Shown piece by piece: positions 26,600 to 38,881 of a stretch of DNA of 64,000 bases. The DNA lies in assembly GCF_009914755.1 (NCBI RefSeq), contig NC_060927.1, one strand, 5' to 3'. The translations under genes were made by a program, and so were the position numbers. How positions within the stretch are numbered: position 1 is the first letter of the stretch; each line of letters starts with the position of its first letter. The stretch is from the human T2T-CHM13v2.0 reference genome, Homo sapiens. A model generated the notes under the pieces. The model was not told the DNA's origin. It made no database searches and saw nothing but the letters and a program-made list of their open reading frames with translations.

Positions 26600-27900
26600 T
26601 TTCTCCTCAGAGGGGAACAGGTGATAACCATTAACTAGTGGGCCTAAAAGAACTGTCCTCTATCTTAAACCCACCTCTACATATCTTACGTTGCTCTTGT
26701 TCCATTTTGTTCTACCATGGCATAGCTGATTCTTGCTTCAGTGCCCTTATTACTGGCACTATGCTAAATTTTACTTGGTGGAAATACAGCTTTTCAGTGT
26801 TGGCATCTCATCAGATGGTTTTTTGCCAAAGGCTTTGTTTCCTCCAAATGCTAGAACTACCTATAGGCTTTTGTAGCTGTCTCCCTAGTACAAATATGTT
26901 CTGCATTAAAAAAAATTGTGTGAAGAGCCCTGTGCTTTGGCACCATCGTTCTTGGTGCACTATGTCAATAGGAGGAAAATTTTAAATCCCCTTGGGAAAA
27001 TAAGGCACTCAGTTGAAAAAGAAACCTAATCAGAGTGATTTCAAGTCTGGATGGGGAAAATTATACCAGTAAAATGTGAGGTGTCGAGCCTATGGATGAT
27101 AGAGGAGAGGTAATGGAAGTAACACTAAGAACCAATTCTTTTCATGATGAATCACCCAAACAACCAAGGCCATTTTTAATACTTCAAATGAAGGGATAAC
27201 AGTCATCTCCACAGAGAAGAAAAGGGGGGTATCCTGTCATAGAACCACCTCCATCATTGAATACTTTATGGGGTTAGTAATTTATTCAAAAATTCATTGT
27301 CAAGTTTAACTACCTTGGTCCAGCCCTTCGAGTCTGAATCAAAAGATGACACCTTCACAAAAGCCAGAAGTCATAATAAAGGCATGTTTTACATTCAGAC
27401 AGCAATCCAGTGGGTAATCACCACCAATGTTCCCATAAAAAAGGAGATAATGCCCTCTTTGTGAGCAAGGGAATAAAACTGTCAGATTTCTACCAACACC
27501 ACAGTCTCGAGAATTCTCAATACAACATAAACTGCTCATGAAAGGGCGATAGAACCACACACCATCATAAAAAAAATTTAATTTGGAAGACCACCATATA
27601 ACCTAAAACCCAGACATAATGCAAAATAAGCTTTGGTTATATAGAAATTTAGTCACTGTACAGACCATTTTACAACAATATCTGGCTTTTTGCAGCATGA
27701 AAGGTTATGTCTAATTTAGGTTGAAGAATCATCCAATGGTCTTTTCAAAGTATTCAAAAATAAGTTTGGGGCAAAGATACAAAAATAGTATTAATATTTT
27801 ACCCAAATAAATATTCAGCTCAATTAATAGCACCAACGATACAAGCCCAGTCAGCAGCTTTCCAAGTAATAGGGTGAAGTGGCTAAATTGGAAATAAAAA
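26600..27900 (+). mobile_element. Very decayed ERVL/Gypsy-like pol remnant
   Basis: cctataggcttttgtagc encodes PIGFCS (cf. RNase H P-x-G-F-W-S); accattttaca contains HFT; gttgaagaatcatccaatggtcttttcaaa encodes VEESSNGLFK (cf. integrase IERxNGLLK). The motifs are in the expected order. Confidence 0.4.
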
Positions 27901-28301
27901 ATACCTGATCAGTCAATAGTGCCAGAACTGGCCAGTTTGAGGCCTAGTCCCTACTGCTGCCAAAACTCACAGCTGAATCTATTTAGTCTCCATCAGCATT
28001 CTTAGCTCTGCCCTAGTTAGGTTTCTATTATTAGTCAAGGGAATTATAAGAAACTATAGGCCAGTTACTTAGAAGCATGTATCAAGACAAATGTCAAAGC
28101 CAGTTCTGTAGTGAAAAACTTGCCTGATCTTACCAAGCAAAGTTAGTTTCAAAAAGGCCCTTCCAACCTAGCCAATTGGGAATTTTTTTTACTCCCCATT
28201 CAGTTCTCCAATTAGAATATAAAGAGGGCATTTCCTTAGCATGTCAACAAACAGTGATCAAATACTGATAATAAGGAATGTAAAAATGAGATCACTAAGC
28301 A

Positions 28302-28611
28302 CAGTCAGCCCTCTGTATATGTGGGTTCTGCATCTGTGGATTCAACCAACTGGGTATCAAAAATATTTTTTAAAAATCCACAAATTTCCAAAAAACAAAA
28401 TTTGAATTTGCACGAAGAACTACTTTGAATCCAAGCAAATGAAGTGATGTGTAGGCATTGTATTAGGTGTTATAAGTAATCTAGAGATAATTTAAAGTAT
28501 ATGGGAAAATGTGCATAGATTATACGCAAATATATTTGATATAAGATGAGCATCCACAGATTTGGTATTTGCAGGGATCGTGGAACCCCATGGATACTGA
28601 GGGGGCAACTG
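28302..28611. mobile_element. MER2-type TcMar-Tigger MITE
   Basis: TIRs cagtcagccctctgtat / atactgagggggcaactg followed by TA; internal 'gtggattcaaccaac' and 'taagtaatctagagat'. Confidence 0.88.
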
Positions 28612-28799
28612 TACTTTATTATTGGGGAGGATGGGCAAGAGAATCCTTTCAAAATTTGTGGAGGATATTATTTGAATGCCCTGCAATTGAATAGACACAA
28701 GCCACAATGTTCTCACCTGGGACTGCCCCGAAGCCCACATTAACTGCTGATCTTGATAGTTATCTGCCATAATGTCTCTGACCGCTCCCTCACAAATCT

Positions 28800-29290
28800 T
28801 GTTAGTTGTTAAGACTCAGCTTAGATGTTATTAACTCTGAGAAGACAAGACTTCCTGCCTTGGGCTGGATGCTGTCTTGAGGAGCTCCTATAGAATGCTG
28901 TACTCTTTCTGTTCCCTTTCTGGTATCATTGCCAGTTTATTGTTTCACCTACTGGATTAAACCATTTAAGGGACTGTCATTTTGATAAATGCATTTATAA
29001 CAATCCTGACACATTGTAGATGCACAATGATTTGTTGAGTGAATCAAAAAATGAGTGCATGTAGGACTTCCCCATAAGCCAGAACAGAACAGACATCTGA
29101 AAGGGTAAGTTTCTTAGCAATAGCCTCTAAAGATAGGGCTTTAGCATTTAATGGTCTCTACTAGAACACAGGTGCCATTAAGGCAATGACTTAGTTGCTT
29201 TATTCATTACTGTGTTACCCTAGCACAAAGAAAAGCATCTGACATATAGTAGCTACTCTGTAGATGTTAAATGAATGATTAAGTATAAAT
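28800..29290 (+). mobile_element. L2 3' fragments
   Basis: 'aagactcagcttagatgt', 'cctgacacattgtagatgcac...ttgttgagtgaat' and 'gttaaatgaatga'. Confidence 0.55.
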
Positions 29291-29419
29291 TAATAAACAG
29301 AGACATTTGAAATAACACCCTATTTCAAAAAAATCTATGAGGAGCATCTCAGATGACCATAATTATAACTTGAATTGTATTTTACAGTTCCAGAAATATA
29401 CTTATTTACTTTAATTGTA

Positions 29420-29560
29420 TTAACAACTTGTTTTGTGGGTTTTATTATAACAACTCCCATTTTGCAGATAAAGGCCTTGAGCTGAGGGAATGGCAGAGTC
29501 AGAACAGAAACCCTGATTCTATGATTACAAACTTTGGGATCTTTTCACTAAACTGAACTT
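29420..29560 (-). mobile_element. MIR
   Basis: 'ctcccattttgcagataaagg...aatggcagagtcagaac'. Confidence 0.6.
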
Positions 29561-30157
29561 TCTCAATCCATGACCTTAAACTTAATGATCAGGTCTTAAA
29601 AAGAGCCTCTTTTCAACTGTTGTCTTTCAAATATGGACATCTGAAAAATCTGGTCACAAAATGACTAGAAATAAAAATAAATCACTATGGTTCCCTGAAT
29701 ATCATAAAAGAAAGGTGGTATAAGAAACCATATCTGGAGTACAATTCTCCTCTCTAAAAACAGTAGAAAATCAACAAAAAAGATTAACTGTGAGACATTC
29801 CTTTGAAAAGACAAATATGATTTTTAACTAATTGGGTGAAACTGTCAAATGCATGTCTTCAGTGACAAGCAGCTGACAAGTCTTGGAATAATCCAGAAAG
29901 AATATATTATTTGTAGGTGTTAATATAAGCACTAATTATTTGTAACTGTCTTGTAGGTAATAATAAATGGTGATGACAGGTTGGGAAAAAAATTGTAAGG
30001 ATTTTATTCTTATTTACTATTTAGGAGAAGATGGCATCAGTTCAACTTCTAGATGTGCAAATAAATGACTGGAGTTGAATTTGTAATCAGATCCTCTGTC
30101 TCTTCATCCAATCAGTGATACGTTTAAAGTCATTGTCTGAAATACGTACTGTATGAT

Positions 30158-30655
30158 TTTGGTAGGCTGAATAATGCCCTCTTCCAGAAGATGTCCACAT
30201 CCTAATACCTGGAACAGATAAGTGTTATCTTATGTGGCAAAAAGGAGTTTTGTGGGTGTGATTAAAGTAAGGATTTTGAGATGCAGAGATTGTTTTGGAT
30301 TATCTGAGTGGGCCCTAGATGCAATCACAAGTATCCTTATAAAAGGGCATAAAGAAACTCTTTCATCCAGAGGGAGATTTGACACAGACAGATGAGGGGA
30401 AAGCAACGGTAACAACAGAGGCAGAGACTACAGTGAAGCATTCACTCCAAATGTGAAGCATTTACTGGCCAAAGAACACCTGCAATTCCCAGAAGCTGGA
30501 GGAGGCAAGGAACAGGTTTCCCGCTAGAGCATCTGAAGAGAGGGTGGCCTTGCTGACATGTTGATTTTGGCCCAGTAAAACTTATTTTGGACTTCTGGAC
30601 TACACAATTGTGAAATAGTAAATTTCTATTGTTTAAGCTACCAAGTTGGTGCTAC
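30158..30655 (+). mobile_element. MLT1D LTR
   Basis: 'ggtaggctgaataatg...gatgtccacatcctaat...ggattttgagatg...gaagctggaggaggcaaggaacag'. Confidence 0.9.
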
Positions 30656-30904
30656 TAAAGCAATGCCTTGACTTAGCTAAGGGAGTTTGATAGAATTAAT
30701 GGGGGACAAGAGCCTTTAAACCTGACTGTGGTCTTGAAAATGGGAAATCATCTCCTCATTATTAGAAGAGGACTCACTCTGTTGTTACCCTTCAATAAAG
30801 AATTCAAATTGGATTTGAACATTTTTAGGGTTAACAAATGAGGCAACCGAGTGCCAAACATGATGCAGAGAATAGTTTCATGTCAAATGGTGTCCACTAC
30901 AAAG

Positions 30905-31150
30905 TTGAGAGATGACTCTTGGGTTTTTAGCTTGGGCAAGTAGGGGCCATGGAGGAGACTGTTGGAAAAACCAATTGAGTTAGTGTGAGCAGGAGTAGAA
31001 ACTGAGAGTTTTGTTTTGGACACATGAAATTTAGGGTCTCTGTTAGATACCTAAGTACTCATACCAAGTAGGCATATGAACATATAAATTGGAAACTCAG
31101 AGACGATATCGAGACAGGAGACAAACATTTGAAAATAATAAGCACAGAGT
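30905..31150 (-). mobile_element. L2 fragment
   Basis: 'gatgactcttgggtttttagcttgggcaa...gagttttgttttggacacatg'. Confidence 0.7.
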
Positions 31151-31680
31151 TGAAACAGGGCAAATGTTGGAAATCTGATTTACATTTTTCTTCTGAGTAT
31201 CTAATATACTGATGCTAATTTTATTGATCAGAGTCTTATTTTAAAACAGTATTACTGTTCTGTGCCATTTTTGCAACACTCTTTTGCCAAATTAAGATTA
31301 TGCAAAATATCATTGAATTCCTTTTTCCATTCATCCTTTAAAAACTGTGATGCTCAATGAAGTCATTTACACACAAGTGAAATGCAAGAAAATCTATCCA
31401 CGCTACGTAGCTTTTTCTCACTAAAGTTGACAGGGATCTGAGCATTAAGTTTTAGAAGCGTTTTTAAAGAAAAAATCAACAGGGAGTACAGACAGACCCA
31501 TTGCTAAAATAATCACAGAAATTAAAAAATAGAATACCATGATAAGAATCATGGTACTGCATGTAATTATACATTTTTTACTTTAGAAAGTTAGATATTT
31601 CCAAAAGCTAACTCTTATAAGATAACTTTCTGTAGTGAACTACTAAAGATAGTACAGAATTTGTTGTGTTAACTGAATGA

Positions 31681-31964
31681 TTTTTTGTTTTTGTTTTTTG
31701 AGGCAAGGTCTCACTCTGTCACCGAGGCTGGAGTGCCGTGGCATGAACACAACTCACTGCAGCCTTGAACTCTTGACCTCAAGAGATCCTCCTGCCTCAG
31801 CCCCCCATAGCTGGGACTACAGGCCTGCACCACCATGCGTAGCTAATTTTTTTGTATTAGCTTGCCATGCAGCCCAGGCGTGTCTCAAACTCCTGGCTTT
31901 AAGCAATCATCCTGCCTTGGCCTCCCAAAGTGCTGGGATTATAGGCATGAGCCACTGTGGTCAG
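31681..31964 (-). mobile_element. AluJ
   Basis: 'aggtctcactctgtcacc...actgcagccttgaactc...ggcctcccaaagtgctgggattatagg'. Confidence 0.92.
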
Positions 31965-32561
31965 GTGATTTTTTTTAAGTAGATAAAAATACACTAGAGA
32001 AACTCTTTCCTTATGACATCCTCACTAAGACTACTCAAGTCTATGGGTAATATGATGTGTGCTGTAGTTGTGGTGCACAAATATGGTCATATAATTTTAT
32101 ATTTTGAATTAACCACTAGAGCCTCTACTTCTGTTATAGCAGCAAATCAAGACTTCCTGAAGAATCACAAGACTTACTGTTATAATCTAGTTACACAGTC
32201 CTACAGAGGGATTTGCCTAGCATTCTCCTGTGGAAAGAGAATTGGGGTCTGGTTAATTTATGACTATTGTGGGTTCTTGCTGCAAAATGGAGCACAGATG
32301 AAGGCTGTCTGGCTATGCTTATCCAATGCTCAGAGTAGGGAGTCCCATGCTTGAGGCTCTGAGGCTTCAGCCTTAGCGCTCAGTTTAAAGTTATATTCCA
32401 GGGATTGCCTGGTGCTGGCATTCCCTTTCTGTTACTTACCAGTGGATCAGAATGCTTTTCTTTCTAAATCTTTCAAATTAAGTGATTTTATATCAATTTT
32501 CCATTAAATAGCGGGGTTATTTAACCCTCCTCAGCAAGGCTATTCTTAATGAGTCCATGGT

Positions 32562-32986
32562 TGTCTTAGTCCTTTTGCTGTTGTTTATAATAAAATGCCT
32601 GAAACTGATAATTTGTAAAGAAAACAAATGTATTTCTTATAGTTATGTAGGCTGAGAAGTCCAAGGTTGAGTGGCTGCATTTGGTGAGGGCCTTCTTGCT
32701 GGGAGGAACTCTGCGGAGTCTTGAAGTGGTATAGGGCATCACATGGTGAGAGGGTTGAGCATGCTAGCTCAGGTCTATCTTCCACGTTTTATAAAGCTAC
32801 CAGCCCACTCCATGGTAACCCATTAATTCATTAACCCATTAATCCATGAATTGATTAATTCGTTCATGAGGGCAGAGCCCTCACACCACTTTGTCATCTC
32901 TTAAAGGCCCTACATCTCACTACTGCCATGTTGAAGATTAAGTTTCAACCTGAGTTTTGGAGAGGAAAAACATTCAAAACATAACA
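32562..32986 (-). mobile_element. MST (MSTB/C-like) solo LTR
   Basis: TG...CA termini with a perfect 5-bp TSD atggt (32557-32561 and 32987-32991); internal 'ggctgagaagtccaaggttgag'. Confidence 0.9.
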
Positions 32987-34669
32987 ATGGTTCTGAAGGT
33001 GGCCATTGTCAGAGAGTCAAAAATGCTTTATCCTTCAAAGGGAGACTTTACAAGTGATTTTTGAAGGTTTTTTTTCTCCTTACCCACTGTAAGAGAGTTA
33101 CAGTTTAGCCCCTTTCGGATCATTCCATTTCATGAAGAATTTGAAATAAATTCTAGCTTTAAAAAGTAAAATACGAACTACAAACAGTTTCTTGAAGAAA
33201 TTTTCATGATTTTCTAAATCTGGCAAAGATTTCAAAAGTGTTCTGGATATAATCTAGAAAAGAATGACTTTTAATAAGGAAGTTCCATCTCACCATATTA
33301 ATCAGTCAATGCCACATTACTCTATGTACATTTAAAAATAATAGCAAATTGAAGAAACACCTGTCTGTGCCACGCCAGAGAAACTGATTTCAGACTTGCC
33401 CTCACACTGTAATCAAACAGAAAATTGGGGGAAAAAAGGACACACAAATCGTTTAGAAAAAAGATGCTGAAATAAAAAAAAAAATACTAAAGGTCAAATC
33501 TGGGCTAGAATGATAATTTAGATTAACTGGAAGCCACAGATACAAGAGAAGTCTGTACACATTTACAAGCTCTTTCCCATGGGTCTGCACTGGATTCTCA
33601 TGAAAAACACTGGGAGCAAGGCAGGTGAGCAGAGAGAGATCCTTTATATATAAAACCCACCCATTTGCCTGGACCTTTCTCTTTTATGAAGCAAAGGCTG
33701 CTTGGTGAGGAGCAGAAAACCGCCTTTCTCCAAGAGACGAGGTAAAGATGCACTGTTTCTCGTGGGGAGTGTAAAGGACAAGACTGCCTGCTCTGGGGGA
33801 GAGTAGAAAACTCTTTCACTCTGGACTCAGATAAAGAAACACCACTTGTGAAGGAGGCATAGGAACAAAAGTTCCTAGCCACATGATTCTACACTGATAT
33901 CACAGGGGGAGCAATAGAAAACACTCTTAAAGATACAAATTAGAGTTTGCATGAAGATAGCCCAGAAAGTTTGACATCATAGGCCCAGGCAAACAAAGCC
34001 TGCCCAAGACATAGTCTGGACTCTGGTAATGGAGAAAAAAATCCTGCCTTTAATACAAGTCCAATACTGAGTAATAAGCAATAGGTTTCTAATTCTGGGG
34101 TTGAAGCCAGGGCCTTGAAAGAGACCCCTGTGTTGTTTAGGTGAACTGGGACTACCAAAAGCTGATATGGAGCAGGAACACTGAGAAAAACCCTTGAGCA
34201 CCTTAGATCCCACATGAAGCACTAAGTAACATCACTCTCTGTTGGAGGAATTTGAAGTCTGTGTTTTACTGAAGGTGTCTCCAACAATGACAAAGAATTG
34301 AAAATTCAGCCCAGTGCCTGATTAACCCCAGACTAAATGCCTGACAAAAAAAAGACATGCCCATTTCCAGGTTAAATACTACTTTGCGCAGCCTGTTTTT
34401 CTTCTACATGTGAGGGACGCCATTCAAATTACGAAATAAACAAAATTGTCAGTACATAAAGCAATCAACAGAACCAGACTCAGAGATGGCCCTGATGTTG
34501 CAGTTAGTATACAGCAACTTTTAAATAACTATAACTAATATATTAAAAGATATAGTAGAAAAGGTAAGCAACACGCGTGATGGGGAATTTCAGCAGAGAC
34601 AGAAAGTACAAAAAGGAGTTAAATAAAATCCTCAAAATAAAAAAAATCAGATAAAAAGGATTAGTATTA

Positions 34670-35341
34670 GAAGCCCATAGATCCTTATCCAAAATTTTGT
34701 TCAGATGCCCTGACTGGTGATACCATGCACATACAAAGGGTGCATGAAATGTTTATTACTTACATAATGAGAAAGATTTATGGTAAGTTTTCATGGTGGA
34801 TTTTATTTTATGGTAGTTTTTACTTTGTAACAATAAGTTTATTTTATGTTGGATAAGTGGCAGGAGCAACGTGATGGTTTCTGCCCTTGGGCTGTGGCTT
34901 GTGTGTTGTATATGAACCTCCCATCAGCACCAAAGGAAAGAGCACTTGTGTTTTCCTCTCAGCCTGCACAGCTGTGGGGAAGAATGAAAAGGAAGGTATG
35001 AAGCTCAAAAGTTGTCAACAATCAAACATCAAAAAAGATAGAGTATGTTGTTTTGTTTTTGTTGTTGAGATGGGGGTCTCTCTCTGTCAACATGCTGGAG
35101 TACGGTGATGTGATCATGGCTCATTGCAGCCTCGACCTCCCAGGCTCAGATAATCCTCCTACCTCAGCCTCCTGAGTATCTAGGTCTACAGGCAAATACC
35201 ACTATGCCTGATTAATTATTAAATTTTTTGCCCAGGCTGGTCTTGCGCTCGTGAGCTCAAGCAATCCACCTGCCTCAGCCTCCCAAAGTGCTGGGATTAC
35301 AGGTGTGAGCCACTGCTGCTGGCCCAACCTTCTTTATTACA
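34670..35341 (-). mobile_element. LTR (MER110/MER90-like), split by AluJ
   Basis: Starts TGTAATAAAG on the minus strand at 35341; 'tcaaacatcaaaaa' and 'agcaccaaaggaaagagcac' match the 36656 LTR in reverse complement. Family name uncertain. Confidence 0.5.
35050..35324 (-). mobile_element. AluJ
   Basis: 'tcatggctcattgcagcctcgacctcccaggctcag...gctcaagcaatccacc'. Confidence 0.9.
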
Positions 35342-35645
35342 GAAGCTTATCAAAAGAGTTGACACAGAAGATAAGGTAATTGGTAAACTTAAAAATAGGA
35401 CAACTAAAATTATCTGAAGTGAAGCATAAACAGAAAAAAATGTGAAAAGAAAGAATAGATTATCCAAGAATTGGATAATATCTAATGGTGTAATGTTCAT
35501 GTGATTGGATTTCCACAGAGAGGAGAGAAAGAGTAAAGAAGGAGAAATAATAATGACTGAGAGTTTTCCCAAAATAATGAAAGGCAATATATTACAGATG
35601 AAGGGGCTCAGTGAATACCAATGAGGATAAATACAACAACAAATC

Positions 35646-35702
35646 TCTCGCTCTCTCTCCCACACACACACACACACACACACACCCCTACACCCCTACA
35701 CC
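35646..35702. repeat. (CT)n(CA)n compound microsatellite
   Basis: ctctctctcc followed by about 12 CA units and cccctaca repeats. Confidence 0.9.
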
Positions 35703-35920
35703 TAGACTCATCACAGTAAAAATAATGAGAATGAAACATAAAGAGAAATCTTAAAGACAGGCAGAGAAGCCACTAACAGTGCATTTAGAGGAACAAAAAT
35801 AAGAATTTCAACACACTTCTCCTAACAAATATGCAAGCCAAAAGACAATGGAGAGGCATAATAGAAGTACCAAAAGGAAAAACTGATCAATAGAATTCTA
35901 TATCCAGAGGAAAAAAAAAA

Positions 35921-36177
35921 TTTTTTTTTTTGAGTTGAGGTTTCACTCTGTTGCCCGAGCTTGAATGCAGTGGCGTGATCACTGCTCACTGCAGCCTGGG
36001 CTTCAGCGATCCTCCCACCTCAACCACATCAGTAGCTGGGACTACAGGTGTGTGCCACTGTGCCTGGCTAATCTTCAAATTTTTCATAGAGGCAGTGTCT
36101 TGCCATGTTGCCCAGGCTCCTCCTACCTTGGCCTCTCAAAGTGTTGGGATTACAGGCGTGAGTCACTGTGCCTGGCC
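35921..36177 (-). mobile_element. AluJ with internal deletions
   Basis: 'ctcactgcagcctggg...gatcctcccacctca...gggattacaggcgtgagtcactgtgcctggcc'. Confidence 0.88.
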
Positions 36178-36655
36178 CCAGAGAATACATGTTTAAAAAA
36201 TGATGTTAAATAAAAATATGTTTAGAGTAAAAACAAAAAAAAGTGAAAATTTATTGCCAGCAGAACTGTGCACCAAGAAATATTAGAGAAATTTCTTTAT
36301 ACAGAAAGAGTATGATACCAGATGGAAATCTGAATCTGTACAAAAATAGAAGAGCCCTGAAAATTGTAAAACTGATAATAAATAAAAGAAAATGTTCCTT
36401 AGTTTATAAGAACTTTAAAAGATAAATGTCTAAATAAAAATAGTAACAATGTATTCTGAGGCTTCTATCATGTAGAAATGAATTGAATGACAGCAATAAT
36501 ACAAAGACTAGAAGAGAGGAAATGGAGGTATATTGCTTTAAGTTTCTTATTCTATACATGAAATATTATCATAGTATTTGAAAGTAGATTATGATAAATG
36601 AAAGATGTGTTATGTAAATCTTAGAGCAACCACAAAAAGTACAGAGAAGTTAAGC

Positions 36656-37062
36656 TGAAATAAAGCATCTAACTCCATTTAAAAATGTTTGTTGACAGAT
36701 TTTAAGCCTCATTCCCTTATCTTCCTCTTCTGCCCACTTTTGGGCAAGCTAATAAGAAATTCTAGGTGCTCCTTCCTTTGGCACTTTGCGAAGTTCAAAC
36801 CACACAAGCCCTGCCCACTGTGCAGGAACCATTACCCCAACACCACCATCTAACCACCACAAAAACTCCAAGCTAATCTCCTTTCTCTGCTCTTTAATGC
36901 CATTTTCAGACTTTCTGGGGGGCTTCCCTGCTCTCTGCAGATAGCCTTAAATATGAATAATAATCTTTTCTTACCTTTTGGTGTCTGTGGGCCACTGTTA
37001 GTCTCGACATCTGAAGCAATTTTTGGTTGGGTGTCCATCATATTTCTGCAGGTTGGTCAAAA
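36656..37062 (+). mobile_element. LTR (MER110/MER90-like)
   Basis: 'tgaaataaagcatctaactccattt...gggcaagctaataagaaa...gtgctccttcctttggc...agttcaaaccacacaagccc' interrupts L1 sequence. Family name uncertain. Confidence 0.55.
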
Positions 37063-37946
37063 GATAAGTCAATAGAGGAGATAATATGCTATAAAAAGAA
37101 TACATAATTGATCCAAAAGAAGGTAATGAAAGAGGAATAAAGAAAGGAAGAGTAGATGGAACAAGTGGAAAACAGAAAGATTATAGATTCAAATACAACA
37201 TATCAATCATTACATTAAACGAAAATGGTTTAAAAACTCCAATAAAAAAGCAAGACATTATTATAGGTTGTATACAAAGAACCTGCTTTAAATATACAGC
37301 CATGATTAGGTTAAAAGTAAAAGGATGAAAAAATATATACCATGGAAACCCTAATGAAAAGAGGGTGGAGTGGCTATATTAATAAAAAACAAAGTGCACT
37401 TTGGAACAAGACATATCACCAGGGATAAAAATGGGCACTCCACAATAATAAAGTAATTAATTCGTAAAAACGATTCTAAATGTGTATGTATAAACAACCA
37501 TGCTTCAAAATACTTCAGGGGAAAACTGATAGAACTGAAAGAAGAAATGTACAAATTCACAATGATAGAGCATGTAGACAGAAAATCAATGAGGATGTGA
37601 AAGACCAGAACAACACTGTCAACCAATTTGAAATAAATGACATTTATGGAATAACAATAGCAGAATCACAATGTTTTCATGTGCACCTGGAACAGTTGCC
37701 AAGATAAATCATATTTGAGGCCATAGAACAAATCTGAACAAATTTAAAAGGCTTCACATTATACAAGACATATTTCTGGACCACGACATTCAACAACAGG
37801 AAGGTACCTAGAAAATTCTCAAATATTCGGAAATTAAGCAATCGTTTTCTAAATAATCTGTGGGTTATACAATAAACCTTAAGGTGAATTAGAAACTAAT
37901 TTTAATGGAATAAAAATCAAAACAGCAAATAGAAATGTGTGGAAGG

Positions 37947-38330
37947 GATGGGGCATGGTGGCTGGCTCCTCTAATCCCAGAACTTTGGGAGGCTGAGGTA
38001 AAAGGATCACGAGATCTAGAATCTGGGCAACATAGCAAGACCCCATCTCTAAAAAAAAGAAAAATTAACCAGGAGTAGTGGTGTACACCAGTAATTCTGG
38101 CTACTTGGGAGGCTGAGGTGGAGGATTGCTTGAGCCCAGGAGTGGGAGACCCTATCTCTTAAAAAAAAAAAAATTAGCCAGGAGTGATGGTGTATACCAG
38201 TAGCTCTGGCTACTTGGGAGGCTAAGGTGGAGGACTGCTTGAGCCCAGGAGTTGGAGATTGCAGTGAGCAGTGATCACACCACTGCATTCCAGCCTGGGT
38301 GACAAAGAGAGACTGTCTCTGAACAAAAAA
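37947..38330 (+). mobile_element. AluJ with an internal tandem duplication of about 109 bp
   Basis: Linker plus right-arm start occurs twice (38038-38146 and 38147-38256); degenerate TSD aaatgtgtggaagg / aattgtgtgaaagg. Confidence 0.9.
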
Positions 38331-38587
38331 TTGTGTGAAAGGCAAGTAAAGAGAGTTTACTGAGGTACTTAGAGTATGAAATATTTGTATTAGAAAAGAA
38401 GAAATGTTTTAAATCAGTCATCTAAAACTCCACCTTTAGATATGAGAAAAAGAACAAATTAAGCCCAAAGCAAGCAGAAGGAAGAGAATAATAAATAGTA
38501 AAGAAATAAATAAAATGAAAGACAATTGAAAATCAATGAGACCAAAAGCTTACTCCTTGAAACTGTTTAAAAATTGATAAACTTTGA

Positions 38588-38881
<294 letters not shown>

